NCBI GenBank assembly: GCA_013239625.1
Contig: MU053881.1
Coordinates: 310,001 to 374,000, forward strand
Origin: Lama guanicoe
Lineage: Eukaryota
DNA length: 64,000 bases
Reading direction: 5' to 3'
Under the pieces are notes generated by a model. That model was not told the DNA's origin. It worked only from the letters and a program-made list of their open reading frames with translations, and did not search any database. A program made the translations under genes and the position numbers. How positions within the stretch are numbered: position 1 is the stretch's first letter; each line of letters starts with the position of its first letter. Below are positions 15,016-27,778 of the stretch, one piece after another.

Positions 15016-16363
15016 GTTAGTGATTGCTTTAATTGATTGATTATATAACATTCTTCTTTCCCTGTTCGGTTTTTGTAAGTCGCAGCAGGGTGTCACGGGC
15101 CCACTTGGCCAGTGTTGGATTTGAAAACTCCTCGTGTGCAGTAGTCGTCCCCTTTTTGGTTTGTCCAGGTGGTGGCAGCTAACATTTTTCTGATGAGCTG
15201 GGCAGCAAACTAACTGTTATGAACACTCTTGTTTCACCCTTGCAACAGCTGCTGTCAGTTCCGTTTAGAGATAAGGAAATTGAATTTAAAGGCTTTTCAG
15301 TGTGCAGGACCCTCTTGGTACCGGCCCCACCTAGCTGAAAAAGAAAACGAAGGTGAATCTAGATAAAGTAGAGTTTGGTTCACTTTTGAGAGAATTGCTC
15401 CTGTAATTCTCCCATCTATCTAGTTGATCTGCTTAGTAGTAGAAGTCTGACTAACAATTAGGTAACTTTATGATTATTAGACACATAATACATGTGGTGT
15501 TAACTCGTGTCCCGGAGGGTTCCTCCTTAAACAGACCTCTTTTAGTTGTATTTATTTTCTCTCCTCCACGCCCACTGGAAAGCACGCGCACACACGCGCA
15601 CACACGCACGTGTGAGTACAAAGTGCACTGCTTACTTCTTACTCTTGAATTTTATATTCAACAAGGCATATGTATCCAGGGTCTAGAGCTGATGTAACGT
15701 CAGCATGAATTAACCAAGCATGGAGGTATCACTGATCTCTGAGAGCCTGGATGTTTTAGTTTTACTCAAACTAGACTAAAATTTAGATAGTAGGAAATAG
15801 GAGAGTTTCATTCTATTAAATCCTATTAAAATGTCAGTTTGGGGGATTTAGAAAGCAAAAGTAAAGCAAGCAAGAGTCTACTAAATTTTCTCTTTATCTT
15901 TTTGCTTGTATGCAGTTCTTATTTTAGAAGGTATTTTTATTGCAAAAGAATTCTCCAAAGGTTGATGCTTTTTTCCCTGGACTAAGTGTTTATGATTATA
16001 ATGAAATATCTGGTGACACTTGAATAGTTTTAGGATAAATTTAGCAATTTTCTTTTAATATCTTTTTAAAACCAGTAGGTATTTTTTTAGTTAACATGAT
16101 TATACATGGAGTACATATATGATGTTTAGCCACTGAGAAGAAAAAGAGAATGTTACAGGGAAAGACAGAGGAATATTTGGGATTCTGAGCCTAAAGAAAG
16201 ACTCCAGGAAAAATCAAAATATACAGGCAGCTAACTCCCTGCGTATGCTGACAGGTAGTGTAGGGAACTGCAGGAGGACCGAGCTGAGAACTGGCCGGAA
16301 GTCTCACTGCCTGGGTTTGCAGCAATGTCGTGCCTCAGATTTTATTATATTTGGTTTTCTTAG

Positions 16364-16380
16364 CACAGATGCAGCAGTAA
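16364..16380 (+). CDS. MAPK9: MAPK9 last exon, upstream acceptor: short p46 C-terminus (AQMQQ*)
   Basis: tag|CACAGATGCAGCAGTAA; exon sum from D151 gives 382 aa. Confidence 0.93.
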
Positions 16381-16511
16381 GTAGCAACGCCACTCCCTCT
16401 CAGTCGTCATCTATCAATGACATTTCATCCATGTCCACTGAGCAGACACTGGCCTCAGACACAGACAGCAGTCTGGACGCCTCGACGGGACCCCTTGAAG
16501 GTTGTCGATGA
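16369..16511 (+). CDS. MAPK9: MAPK9 last exon, downstream acceptor: long p54 C-terminus ([12 protein letters not shown]...GPLEGCR*)
   Basis: cag|ATGCAGCAGTAAGT...CGATGA; exons total 825 nt = 274 aa + stop, giving 424 aa from D151. Confidence 0.97.
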
Positions 16512-17090
16512 TAAGTTAGAAATAGCAAGCTTGTCATCAGTGAAGGAACTCTCGCTTCCATGGGCCTGAAATGCTTGGGAGTTGATGGAACCAAATAGAA
16601 AAACTCCATGTTCTGCATGTAAGAAACACGATGCCTTGCCCCTACTCAGCTGTACTAGGCTTGCCTTGCTTAGATTATAAAGTAAAGCAGATTATGTCTG
16701 AAGAAAAAAGCGCAAATTACACTTTTAGAGATTTTGTTCAAGATCATTTCAGGTGAGCAATTAGAATAGGTGATTTTTATTTTTAAGTTGTGTGGTAATA
16801 GTAACAGTTTCTCGTCTGCAGTAACTGTTGGGACTTACATGCATGTGACCGCAAGTGCTCGCTTGGACTTGCCCTCTAGCACTTTGGAAATCAGTATTTA
16901 AAAGCCAAATAATCTTCCAGGTAGTGCTGCTTCTAGAATTGTCTCTTAATCCTCTTCACTGATTTGGCGTCTGTCCAGAAGAAACAGATTTATGTGTATT
17001 AATTGGCCATCATATTATCACATCTTACTTTCTTTTAGGGTATGAATTATTTTCTTTTGTATTTCAGAAGGAATATAATTAAATCTATTT

Positions 17091-17101
17091 AATAAATTAA
17101 A
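17091..17101 (+). terminator. Proximal poly(A) signal candidate
   Basis: Overlapping AATAAA/ATTAAA followed by U/GU-rich sequence. Confidence 0.6.
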
Positions 17102-19426
17102 ATGTAACTTTTCTTAAATTTGTCATGTTTGGGGCTGAGAATTACCACTGCTAAAACCAGGACACTTTGTTTTCTCTAGATTGTCTTAGTCTGGGTGATT
17201 GTACGTTCAGCTTTATTGCATGGTAAGATTTTAAGTTTTGTTTTGTGCTGCTTAAGACACATATACCTTTAAAATCCTATCTACGCCCTCTCCTTTTTCT
17301 TGGTTTTCTGGACTTACGGTTAATAGGGAATGCTGTCTAGATCTTCACCCACTTTGTCAGCCCCCTAGTGCCCAGTGTCAATAATGTGATGGCGTGTAGA
17401 TTCCTGAACCCGCCACCTGCTGGTAGAGCAGAACTTTGCAGTGATCGCTAAGGATGGTTGCTGTCGTTACTAAGTGCTTGCTTCGCCCGAGGCCGGACTG
17501 GGTCCTTCCTTACCTTCTGTCCCTCGAGGTAAGAGACGTGATTTCACAAGGCAGCATTTCTCTTGTCCAACACAGCATTCTTACTCAGTTTTGTTTCTTT
17601 TCTGAAAGAAACCACATGCATCCCCCTCTGGCCTGTTTCAGGAAGCAAGCTGATTCAGAATGCCTGTTTGTGGTTGCTCTCCACTTCGTGGAGGCGTTTC
17701 CTTTCCCTAAGGGAAGTCCGTGAATGTTCTGGGAAAGGTCTTCTAAGGGATGTGGAGGCAATGTCCTGAAGAGTAATGACTAACTGTGGAATGTTTTCTG
17801 ATTTAAAACTGCTCACCTGAAATTGATACTTTCAGACCTCCTGATACGGAGCTTATTCAGAACTCACTGAAGCGCTGAGTGCTGAAGTGTCACTGCAGAA
17901 GTGGAGTCATGAGGGTCACACTTTGGCTCCCTGTGCTCGGGGCGCTTTTCCCTTTAGCTTATTCTGCCACAAATCCATATCTTGTGTTTAATTATTTTGG
18001 AAGCCATTGGGTCAGCATTGTTCACATTCTATAGAATGTGTTCTGAGGAGGAATTTGATGAGAAAGTTCATTATAAATATTACCTAAAATACAGGATTCT
18101 CTCTGTACCAGCTGTGTCTTACTGGTTGGTCTTATCACTGGAAACTGGAACCCTTGATGAACAAAATTAATACTGAAATACTAAAGAGTTCTGTATTGTG
18201 AGGTTTAGACACATTCAACTGTAAGGTAGAAATACTAACTCGGATTGAGGCAGAAACACCTGCTACACGGCTTGGGATTATTTTGGCTTTGGAGGCCTGT
18301 GGTTTAGTGAAGAAAGCTGTCATTATACATACATAAACGTCTTCAAATGTCCTCCTCTCTAATACACGCTCTTTAAAAAGACTTTACTAAATCTGTCTTT
18401 ACGAAGAAAAACAATACGAGGTGGGGGAGAGTTCTAAAATGCGCTCTGTGCCCTGGGCTTCTGTGCCTGCAGCACAGGGGTGCTGAGGGCCCAGTGAGGC
18501 CCTGCTTAGCCTGGGTGCCGGCACGTGCAGCCAGGAGCCATGTGTACATGGAGCTGGGTGCCGCACAGAGGGGCTTTCTGCTCAGCCATTCCTCTGTGCG
18601 TTCACGGGTGGAGTTCGTGATGGCGCGGATGGGTTTCCTGCCAAGGCCACCGTCCATCAGAGCGCGGTGAGTGCACCCAGGACAGGCCCAGGGCTGCCGG
18701 CAGCAGAGCTCCATAGAAATACCTCACCCCACGTCAGAGCCCCCCCCCCCGAGCCGAGACGTGCCGGAGTCCTGGTGCAGTGCGGTGGCTTCAAACTGCT
18801 CTCCGTGGATGAACGCTGGTGTTGGAGAAAGAACTGAAAAATCTGATCAATTTTTCATCTTTTCTATTTTATTTTTGTAATTTATATTGTACACAACCCT
18901 GGAAGTAACTATTTTGGACACATATTTTTATAAACCAGGTAATTTATTATTAGCCTGGAATCTGGACTAGGTTTGTTTTATTTGTTGACTTAGTTTTCAG
19001 TCAGGAAGGAAATGACTGCCTCCCCTATGTCGGGTCTTGATTTCAAGCGTGGGTTCCAGAGAGCAGACAGTCTGTGAGAGTAGGAGAGCATTCTAGAAAC
19101 ACAGCCTGCTCAGTGTGGATCTGCTGTGGCAGCAGGAGGTGGAACAGGGCTCTGCGCTTACCTCTGGGACGGGAGACTCAGAGCCACAGTGCTGAAAGGG
19201 GAAAGCCCTCGGCCGGGCCCCTTACTGCCACCCAGAGTCCGTGGTTGGAACACTGGATGGGATACTGGTTTAATCTGGATTTGACACTGTGTGAGTCGTG
19301 GTAATGATGTGCGGGTTCGTCCAGTCAATTTCTAATGTAACAACTCTGGTGCTTCATGCTGGTAGTAAACACAGGTGTGACCGTTCAGATTGCATATCTC
19401 CGAAGTAACATTGCCTAATGTTTTAT

Positions 19427-19432
19427 AATAAA
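19427..19432 (+). terminator. Distal poly(A) signal candidate
   Basis: AATAAA with upstream TGTA and downstream TG/T-rich tracts. Confidence 0.7.
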
Positions 19433-22350
19433 ATATATTGTGTGTGTTTTGATTGGTGAAAATAATACAAATACATTTTAAAAGAGAAGTGCACAGCACG
19501 TCCAGTGTGTGTGTGTTCTAAGTGACAGTTGCCTGGATTTCTACACCACCATCTCTGGTTACAGGTTTCACACAAACACAGGTAGACGGAGTGTTGTCAT
19601 TTCAATCAACATCAGCAAACGTTTTTAAATCGAAAAGCAAAACATTTCTGTAGATCTCTTACTGAAAATATTCTGAAAATTCCTGCATCTAAGTTTTCCA
19701 AAGCACGCAGTACAAAAGCGAGCATTCGGCACACCGGTGTCGTTGCTTCCTCAGCAGGTGAGGCCAGGAGGACCCGCCAGTCCGTCCCTCCTTGTGTCAT
19801 GTAACAGCCCGCATGGCAGCTGTGTCCTTGTGGTCCTGTGCGTGGCGTGAGCCTCTTTCAGCTCGCTCCTGGTTTCGAGGCGTTTTAGGGCATTTACCAC
19901 GTAAAGCCACAGGAAGAGAAGGGCCCTCAATGGCTCACTCTCTTTTCTCTTCTTAAAAGGACTAGAATCGTTCCACATAGATGAGCTTCAGTCTTACCTT
20001 TAAAGGTCTCTAGAGAAGGAAAGCATCTCTTCTGATACTGACCTGGGTTCCAGTTCTCCGTCTTACCCACTTCCCGCTTTCAACGTAGACAGTGCTAAAA
20101 TGCTCTTACTTTATTGATGCAAGTAGTACGGGTCGGTAGGTGGGAGTTTTTTGGTGGGAAGAGGGGTAATATTTCAAAATGGCTTAATACGTGCTTTCCT
20201 GAAGATTCGGTGGCTAGTCGTGTGAATTTAAGTGTAAGGTTACTGATATTTTGGTAACAAAATCGATAGTAACAGTGATGCAGTGGCCGGTAATGTCTCT
20301 TTGCAGCCGAACACGACCATGATTTCAGAGGTCTGTGCCTGTCCTGGCCACAGGGAACTTGCCATTTGCTGTGTCCTCAGGGCCCAGGGCCACAGGCTCC
20401 TTCACAGTTTGAAGAGCCAAGGCTTTGAGGCCCAGGAGTCCTTGTGAACAAGGCTGTTCGCTCTGCCAGTTCTGTGCCGAGGGGCTTGAGTGTTGGAAGG
20501 GAACTCCAGAGTCACTTCTCCAACCCCTGCCCGGCAGTGTCCTCACCGGCCCGCATTGGGAGGGTTGCCCTGGGAGTGGTCACGCTCATGCAGACCTCCG
20601 TCTCCTTTTAGTCATGAGTAGCCTTGAGAATCCAGTGAAAACTGTGACCCTCTCCCTAGAAAAGAGCCACGAGCACAGAATTGGGCCAGGCTTTCCGGGG
20701 ACCCTGCTGCCTGGTAGGCAGGGTTAAGAGCCCCTTTCGGGAAGCGGAGCCTGCAGGAGGGCTCTGCTGGCCTTTCTGCCCTTGGGAGCGCTGACACCTC
20801 CGCACACAGACCTGGGGGCACGCAGGGACAGCCTTACTCTGAGCCCCGGCACTAGTTGGCATTCTTATTTGATGTCAAAAAGCGTGTGGGGCTCCATTCA
20901 GTGAGATGGATCGTTTCCAGCATTCCTCCCACATGGAACTTAGGTGCGAGAGTGAAAGGAACTGTAGGCTCATCAGACAAACTTCACAGAAACATACAGT
21001 TAAATACACCTCTTCATTGTAAAGAAGTAGTTCTGTGCTGAGGTTTGAAATAAACTTGGCTTTCACTTAAATCCCCTTAAGTTGTTGATTCTCCAATAAT
21101 ATTTTCTCGCCTTCTCCCAAAAGTTCCCTGTGACTCTCTTAGAATTTTCATAAGGGTGCTTTAAACTTCACTTCATCTAAGCACTTCAATTTCCCAAAGG
21201 GTGGGAATGGACAGAGAGATTCTGTAGCTCACACTACCCTTCAGGGTGGGAACCAGCCTGAAGAGGTCACCTAGCATTTGCTCAGATGGCTTTAATGAAG
21301 GGAATGCTCTTCCCACTAATTTTTTGTAGTTTTGACTGTTAGAAAGTTCTTTCTTAAACTTAACCGAAACCTAGTTCCCACAAGTTCTACCCATGGGCCC
21401 CAGGCCTTTCCTTTGGGTGAAATAAGGTGAGTCTGACCCATCTTCATGAGACAGGCTTTAATACATTTAGTTGGGAAGGTAAGCTCCAAGTCTTCCCTTC
21501 TCTAGCTTAAACTCAAAGTTCGCCGAACCCTCTTTCATATGGAAAAGCCCCCAGAGCCTCACCACCTCGCTGCACCCTAAATATGGGCCCAGAAGTGAAC
21601 ATGTTCCAGAACCAGCCTGAGCAGTGCGCCCTCCAAACCAGGCCCTGCTGATTAACACGGCCTCAGATGGCCTTAGCTGTAACACCCATGTCACACTTGG
21701 AGCATGTGGTCCACCAGAGTTCCTGGGCTTTGTGATGTCACAATTAATCCCGATCCTGTTGCCCTTCACAAGCATTCTCTCTGCCAGCTCGTGATGTTCG
21801 TCAGTTTTATGAGCATGAACGTGCCTTCTGAGAATTCACCCACGAGGCGAGTCACAGCCCTGAGTGTCAGGACGGAGCCTTAAGGCAGCCCCAGCCTCCT
21901 CAGTGGGACTCCCAGCTCCACAGCTCCGTCATTCAGCCCATGTGGAGTATTATCTGGCCAGGAGGTCAGAAACAGAGGGTCTTGATGGACACCTCGTAGA
22001 AATCATGAAGACACGTAGCAGCAGTGTCCAGTCTACTTACCAGTCACGTTTCAGGACGAGAAGTGAGTATGGCTCCGTGCACTCCGTGTTCTCAGATTTC
22101 ACTCTTTTACCTTCTCTTGGGAGGAGCAGATGGTGAGCCCCAGCTCCCCATCCCATGGCTACACTTTTGACATCCTGTGGCCACTTAGCAATGTGACCCA
22201 GGTGCTGTGCCAGTGTCCACAGGTCAGTGACAGGGCAAGGGAGCAGGGCAGGAACACGTGACCGCCTTATTTTGTTTCTGCGTGAATAAAATGATGTGTT
22301 TTGAAGTCTACGTGACTGTGATTCCACAGGGGCCGTGGGACCTAACGCCA

Positions 22351-22369
22351 GGCTGCCCTCTGGTGGCCT
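22351..22369 (-). promoter_or_regulatory. Candidate CTCF site
   Basis: Minus strand GGCCACCAGAGGGCAGC matches CCASYAGRKGGCRS core. Confidence 0.65.
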
Positions 22370-22630
22370 GCTAATTACAGAATTGTGTCCATCTGGCCGA
22401 GCCGGCGCGAGCTGGGCGTGATGTCAGAGGTTTAGCGTCCTGAGCATAGCTTGCCTTTTTTCAGCTAATAGCAGTCATGCTACTTTGTTCTTATTTGATT
22501 TTAATCTGGGCTAACGTTCCATGCAGAGTTTCACTAATAGTTAAGTTTGCACAGCTCCCCAGGTCAAAGTTGATTTCTTGAGTGTTTTTAAGCCACAAGT
22601 TAGCATAGTAAGGATGCTGTTAAGACTATT

Positions 22631-22749
22631 TCAGTGATAGAGTGCATGCTTAGCATGCACAAGGTCCTGGGCTCAATCCCCAGTACCTCCTCTAAAAATA
22701 AATAAGTAAATAAATAGGTAAACCTAATTACCTCCCTCCAAAAAAAAAA
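22631..22749 (+). mobile_element. 5'-truncated Vic-1-like SINE (long tail)
   Basis: TCAGTGATAGAGTGCATGCTTAGCATGCACAAGGTCCTGGGCTCAATCCCCAGTACCTCC...AATTACCTCCCTCC-polyA. Confidence 0.85.
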
Positions 22750-24618
22750 TACCTATTTGAGCAGCAGCACTCAGCTGTGTTTATTCTCAGGTATTTTCAG
22801 AGATGGCTTCATAACTGTACTTCATAGAGGAATAGAAGGCAACGAGTACTGACCTGCCTCCTCCCCCCTCCCCCAGCCTCCCTGCTCCCATCCGACTGGG
22901 GAGTCACCCTCTGCCCCTTTCAGGAACTTCCCTCCTACAGTCCCCTCTCTCCTGTGTTGTCACTCTCCCCGCTCTGTCCCGCCATTCCCTACGTTCAGGG
23001 CACCCCTGTTAAAAAGAAAACGCTGCTTAACCCAGCATCACCCCTGAGTTGCTCCCCTTCACAGCAGAAATGAGGAGCAGTCTACAGCCACCACCTCCAT
23101 CTCTCCACCTCCTCTTCTCCATCTGCTCCCTTTTAAAAAAAGCAACATACATATACATGAGTTAGAGAACAACGGAGAAGGAGAAACTAGACACGTCGTA
23201 TTCCTCACTCAGAGATGACCAGGTCGGAGCTTTCCTGGGCATCTTTCAGATAGTTTTCTGTAGGCACAGACACATCTAGGGGTTTTTGTTTGTTTGTTTT
23301 GGTTTTTTGCCCCAATGAGGTCATACTGTACATGCTTTTTATAACCTACATTTGTCAGTGAATGGTCTCCAACTGTGTATGTCCTTAAGTTTTCGCCTGA
23401 TATAATACCCAGGGTCTTGGGATTTCCCCAGTGTCCCCAAAGCCCTTTACTGGTGTGTCCTGCCAGGATGCAGTTGAAGCCAAGCCCTTGCATTCCTGGT
23501 GTCTGGTTTCTGGTTGTCATGTTCTGAAGCATCTTCTCATCTTCCCTGACACCAGCATACGGTGCCAGGCAGGTTGCCTGCAGGATGTGCATCCTCTGGC
23601 TCTGCGCAGCTGCTTCCAGGGGGCTGCACTGACCATGCTGCCTGTCTCTGGTCCTTCCTGGGTCTGGAAGGCACGTCAAAGGTTGGCAGATTCACCCCCA
23701 TGTTTTGGTTATACTGCATTTAAGTGATACTGTGTCCCTTATATGAACTCACACCAGAGGACAAACACTTCATATCTTTTTGACCCACTGTCAACAATGC
23801 TAAAATTGACTTCTGGGTTCTGGTAATGCCAGTCCAATCCTCTGCCCCACAGTCCTTTTTCTTATGACTGGAAAGTCATCCGCATGAGCGGGAGGAGCCC
23901 ATCTACCACGGGTCCCGTGCTGTTGACCCCAGGTGACAGTCCTTGCCAGGAGCAGGAATTTCATGAACTAATTTCATTAGTTGAGCCATCAGTTGCTGTC
24001 CTTCACTGGCACCCTGCAGGCACCAAGGGCTTCCTGGCACCAGCCAGGGCTGTTGGGTGGCCCCGAGGTGAGCCCCGGCCACAGGTGGCTCCACACCTGC
24101 TCCTTGCCTTCAGCAACCCCTACCTCAAATGCTAGCCCAGGAGGGTTTATATCGCTGGCTGGCTTTCTCTTTGAGTCTTCCCAGTCATTCTTTTTGAGAC
24201 TTAACTTGCTATAACTGTGGCCAGATCTCCTTAAAGATGATTCCTTGAAGTTTTTAACTTTTTATTTTTAGATATTTCTCAGACTGACAGAAAAGTTGCA
24301 AAAATAGTCTAAAGGCTTCTTGTATTCCTTTCCTCACTCAAACTCCCCAAAGGTTAGCATTTTGCTACATGGACTTGAACTTTCTCCATCTGCGCACACA
24401 CAGGACCCATGCATGTGTGTGCGTCTGCATATATAGATGCATATGTTCCTATATACACACATTTATGCTGACATAAAATCACTGATTTCCCCCCATTGAT
24501 TGTTTTCGTCAGCAACCAGATTTTTTTTAACATCCAATGTGTTAGTAGCGTTTATAATAGGTTGCATTCGTGTGGGTAAATGTGCCCACATGACTTCAGA
24601 GAAACCTACTAAAGAATC

Positions 24619-24648
24619 TGTGTGTGTGTGTGTGTGTGTATGTGTGTG
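24619..24648. repeat. (TG)n microsatellite
   Basis: tgtgtgtgtgtgtgtgtgtgtatgtgtgtg. Confidence 0.9.
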
Positions 24649-24649
24649 T

Positions 24650-26060
24650 TTAATGGTTGACAGTACCATGGGGAGGAATAAATCAAAAAATGTAGTGGAA
24701 ATGTGAATGCAGTCCTCTGAGAAACTGACAGGTCAAGCAGATGGAAAATGAGCAAAGATCTAGGAGACTAGAATGCCACAGTTGCTCAGCGTGGGCTCAC
24801 AGAGGACGTCACGGCCGACAGGCAGACCCCTTCTGGTCATACACAGCACTTGAAACTGACCAGCTACCAGGCCATAGAAGACGCCTCAGTAAATTCCAAA
24901 GTCAAAAACACACAACTGTTTTCCTATAATAATGCAATACAAGTCAAAGTATGAAAAGATCTCACACATCTGGGAACTAAACAATATGCTGAAAGCAGTC
25001 TGGGTAAAAGAGGAAATCATAAGGAAAATTAAGAAATTCCTGAAAGTGCACGGCTTCAGGAGAACACCACGAGCCAAGTTAGATACAGGACCCAGCTAAG
25101 GCTTAAATGCGCTTAACAAGAACAAGAGAGTTGTTTCTTTTCTTTTTTTTTTTTTAATGAGTTCAACATTCAACTCAGGAGATGGACAGAAGAGCAACAG
25201 AGGACACAGAAAAGGAAGAATAGTAAACGTGATGGCAGGGGTGAGAACCTAGAAAATAAAAATGAGGAAAAAATCGGGAGAACCAAAAGATCAATAAGGT
25301 CGACCTCTGGCAATACTGATCAAGGGGGAAAAAAAGAGAATAGGCAGGTAACATACAAAGTGAAAAAGGAAAGTTGTGGTAGACACAAAAGATCATCTGC
25401 AGCAGTCTGACCAGCGATTCGTCCACAAGAGTAAATTCCCGCAGAAACACACTTGAAATTGTGTCAGGGAGAATGAGGATACTGAGCACATCACACATAG
25501 GAACTTATTTAACCTTCTCAGCAGTTCTGTGAGGTCGCTGTTGTCTCCATTGTGAAGTGGGGGAAACGGAGGCCAGGAGAAAACCTAAGTTCCCAGAGCT
25601 GGAGTTTGCAGAGACGGGGTCTGAGGCTGGAGGCTCCAGGGCCGGGCCCCACACTGTGAGCCGTTCTGAACTCTGGCCAGCCTCCAGGAAGCCTGAGTGG
25701 ACCCGTGACCGTCAGAGAAAGTGAGATGGTAATGAAGGGGTATCCCCCACACCCCCAAATACTCTCCAGGAACCATGAATCTCACTGGTCAGGTTTTAGT
25801 TAATTTTCAAGAAACAAACGCTATCTTACCTGAAATTTTCAAAGCCACCCAACTCAGTTTGGGAGGCTGGATTAATCCTGACTCCAAAATTGGATAAAAA
25901 CAGATCAAGATTCCATGCCCTTTTCATAGATGCCAACTGAATCCAAGATTGTATGGTTTATTCCGGAATACCAGGGTGACTCAATGCAACTGTTTCAAAA
26001 ATAACCTATTTTTGTTTTGTTTTAACTCTCAGAAAACTGAACAGAAAAGAGCTTCCTTTG
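24650..26060 (+). mobile_element. Highly degraded L1 ORF2 remnant with an inserted MIR-like piece (~25500-25670)
   Basis: A-rich; 'gacaggtcaagcagatggaaaatgagcaaagatctaggagact', 'cacatctgggaactaaacaatatgctg', 'tggtttattccggaataccagggtgactcaa' resemble L1 endonuclease/RT segments. Confidence 0.6.
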
Positions 26061-27286
26061 AGGGGTGGCAGGGCTTATTCTGGGAAGAGCAGGATGCAGC
26101 AAATGTCAAACGGGTGTGGGCAAGCTAACGGAGAAACGCAAGGTGCAACAGCTGCTGGGGCCACTGCCAACCCAGGGGACCAGGAGGAGCTAGGGCGGTG
26201 GCGGTGGCGGTGGCGGCAGTGAGGGTGCGGGCCTCCTGAGTGCCGCGGGGCCGTGGAGTGAGGCTGAGCCCTGCTGAGTGCAGGCAGGAAGCCCACCGAG
26301 GCTCCTTGCAATCAACCCCCTCCCCTCAAGTCTAGAAACAGTCTAGCAGCCTAGCCAGAGGCAAAAGCCCCACTCCCCACAGACATACCTCCACCTCTGC
26401 ACAAAGTCGAAATGCATCCTTCTGCAGGACTATGTCTGACTCCTCAGCTGGGCCGGGATGTATCCCCAGGGTTCCCACTTCCAGGACCCCTCCTGTGGTC
26501 CCCTCTTCCCCTCATGCAACCAAATGCCGTCCCTTTGTTTTCAACAAAGGCTGGCTGAGCAGCTCCTGTGTCCCATAAATAAGACACAAATACTTAATCC
26601 AGCTGCGTTGGCAACTGAGGACAAGAAGTTGCCCGGGTGAAGGAGGCTCCAATCCTGCAGGTAGTTCAGCCGTGGCTGTCATGGCCCAGAGGGGCTCCAG
26701 CCCTTGTCCAGCCACCACCCGGCCTTCCTCCCACCTGGAACGAGCCTGCTGCGATGCAGCTGGGACCACATGTCACTGTCTCTGCGGCAGCCTCCATGGG
26801 TCCCAGTGGACGACATGGCTGTTTCTCAAACCTGGGCTCCCACTGCCACACTGCTCACACACACTTTTACTTTTATGTGATCAACATTGCCAGCATCACA
26901 TGTAGGACATTTGGATGTCCTAAAACCACCTCCTGTGCCTTTTCGGCTGGTGGATTCTAAACAATTGAAGGTCTGTAAACCATGTTGAAACTGTGATGGT
27001 GTTACCACGGCTGGAAGATGCGAATTCCCAGGCCCTGCCCAGACCCTGAGTCCAAGGTCCTGGCAGAGTCTTGGGCATGTGTGTTGCACGTGAGCTCCCA
27101 AGAAAGGCCCGATATGCGTCCACTCTGCTCAGCTGTGGGCCCTGCAGAGGGCAGCAGCCTGACCCCCACCTCCCTGCCTTCCACGCCATGCAGGGCAGCC
27201 CATGGGAAGTACGTGGGGTTTGGGCCCCTGCTCTGCTGTGCCACGTGCACAGGCCACTTGCCCTCTCTGAGCCCCTGTTGTGAAGT

Positions 27287-27778
27287 GGTATCCAAGTTTC
27301 CCATAACCGCCATTGCAAATTACCACCAACTGAGTGGCTCAAAGCAATGCAAGTGTATTTTCTTACAGTGCTTCAGGAGTCCCACCTGGGACTCACTGGG
27401 CTTAACGCAAGTGTCGGCAGGGCCAGTTCTTCCCACAGGATCGGGCAGGGAACTCGTTTCCTTGCCTTTTCCAGCTTCCAGAGGCCATCACATTCCTTGG
27501 CTCATGGCCCTTGCTCTGTCTTCAAAACCAGCAGAGTGCCATCTCTCCGACCTGCGTCCCTCCTCACGTCGCTTTCCCTGACACTCCTTCTGTCTCCCTC
27601 TTCTGCGTTTAAGCCACACTGATTCCAGGGGGCTCACCCTGGAGATTCAAGGTAGTAGCCTCGTCTCAGAGTTCTAACTGTCATACCCACACAGTCCCTT
27701 TTCCCGTGTGAGGTCGCACATTCACAGGGTCTGGGGGTGAGGATGTGGGCATCCTGGGGGCCATGGTTCCACCCACTG
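27287..27778 (-). mobile_element. MLT1-family (MaLR) solo LTR
   Basis: 'caaattaccaccaactgagtggc...caagtgtcggcagggcc...ccttttccagcttccagaggcc...acagggtctgggggtgaggatgtgggcatc'. Confidence 0.75.

Larger units (their letters stand above)
16512..19455 (+). other. MAPK9: MAPK9 3' UTR (long form, ~2.9 kb)
   Basis: Follows TGA-TAA; repeat-poor; ends near AATAAA 19427; end inferred. Confidence 0.7.

Noticed and set aside
16509..16516. Stop-codon readthrough as in paralog MAPK10
   Set aside because: Context is TGA TAA (tandem stops), not the TGA CTAG readthrough motif
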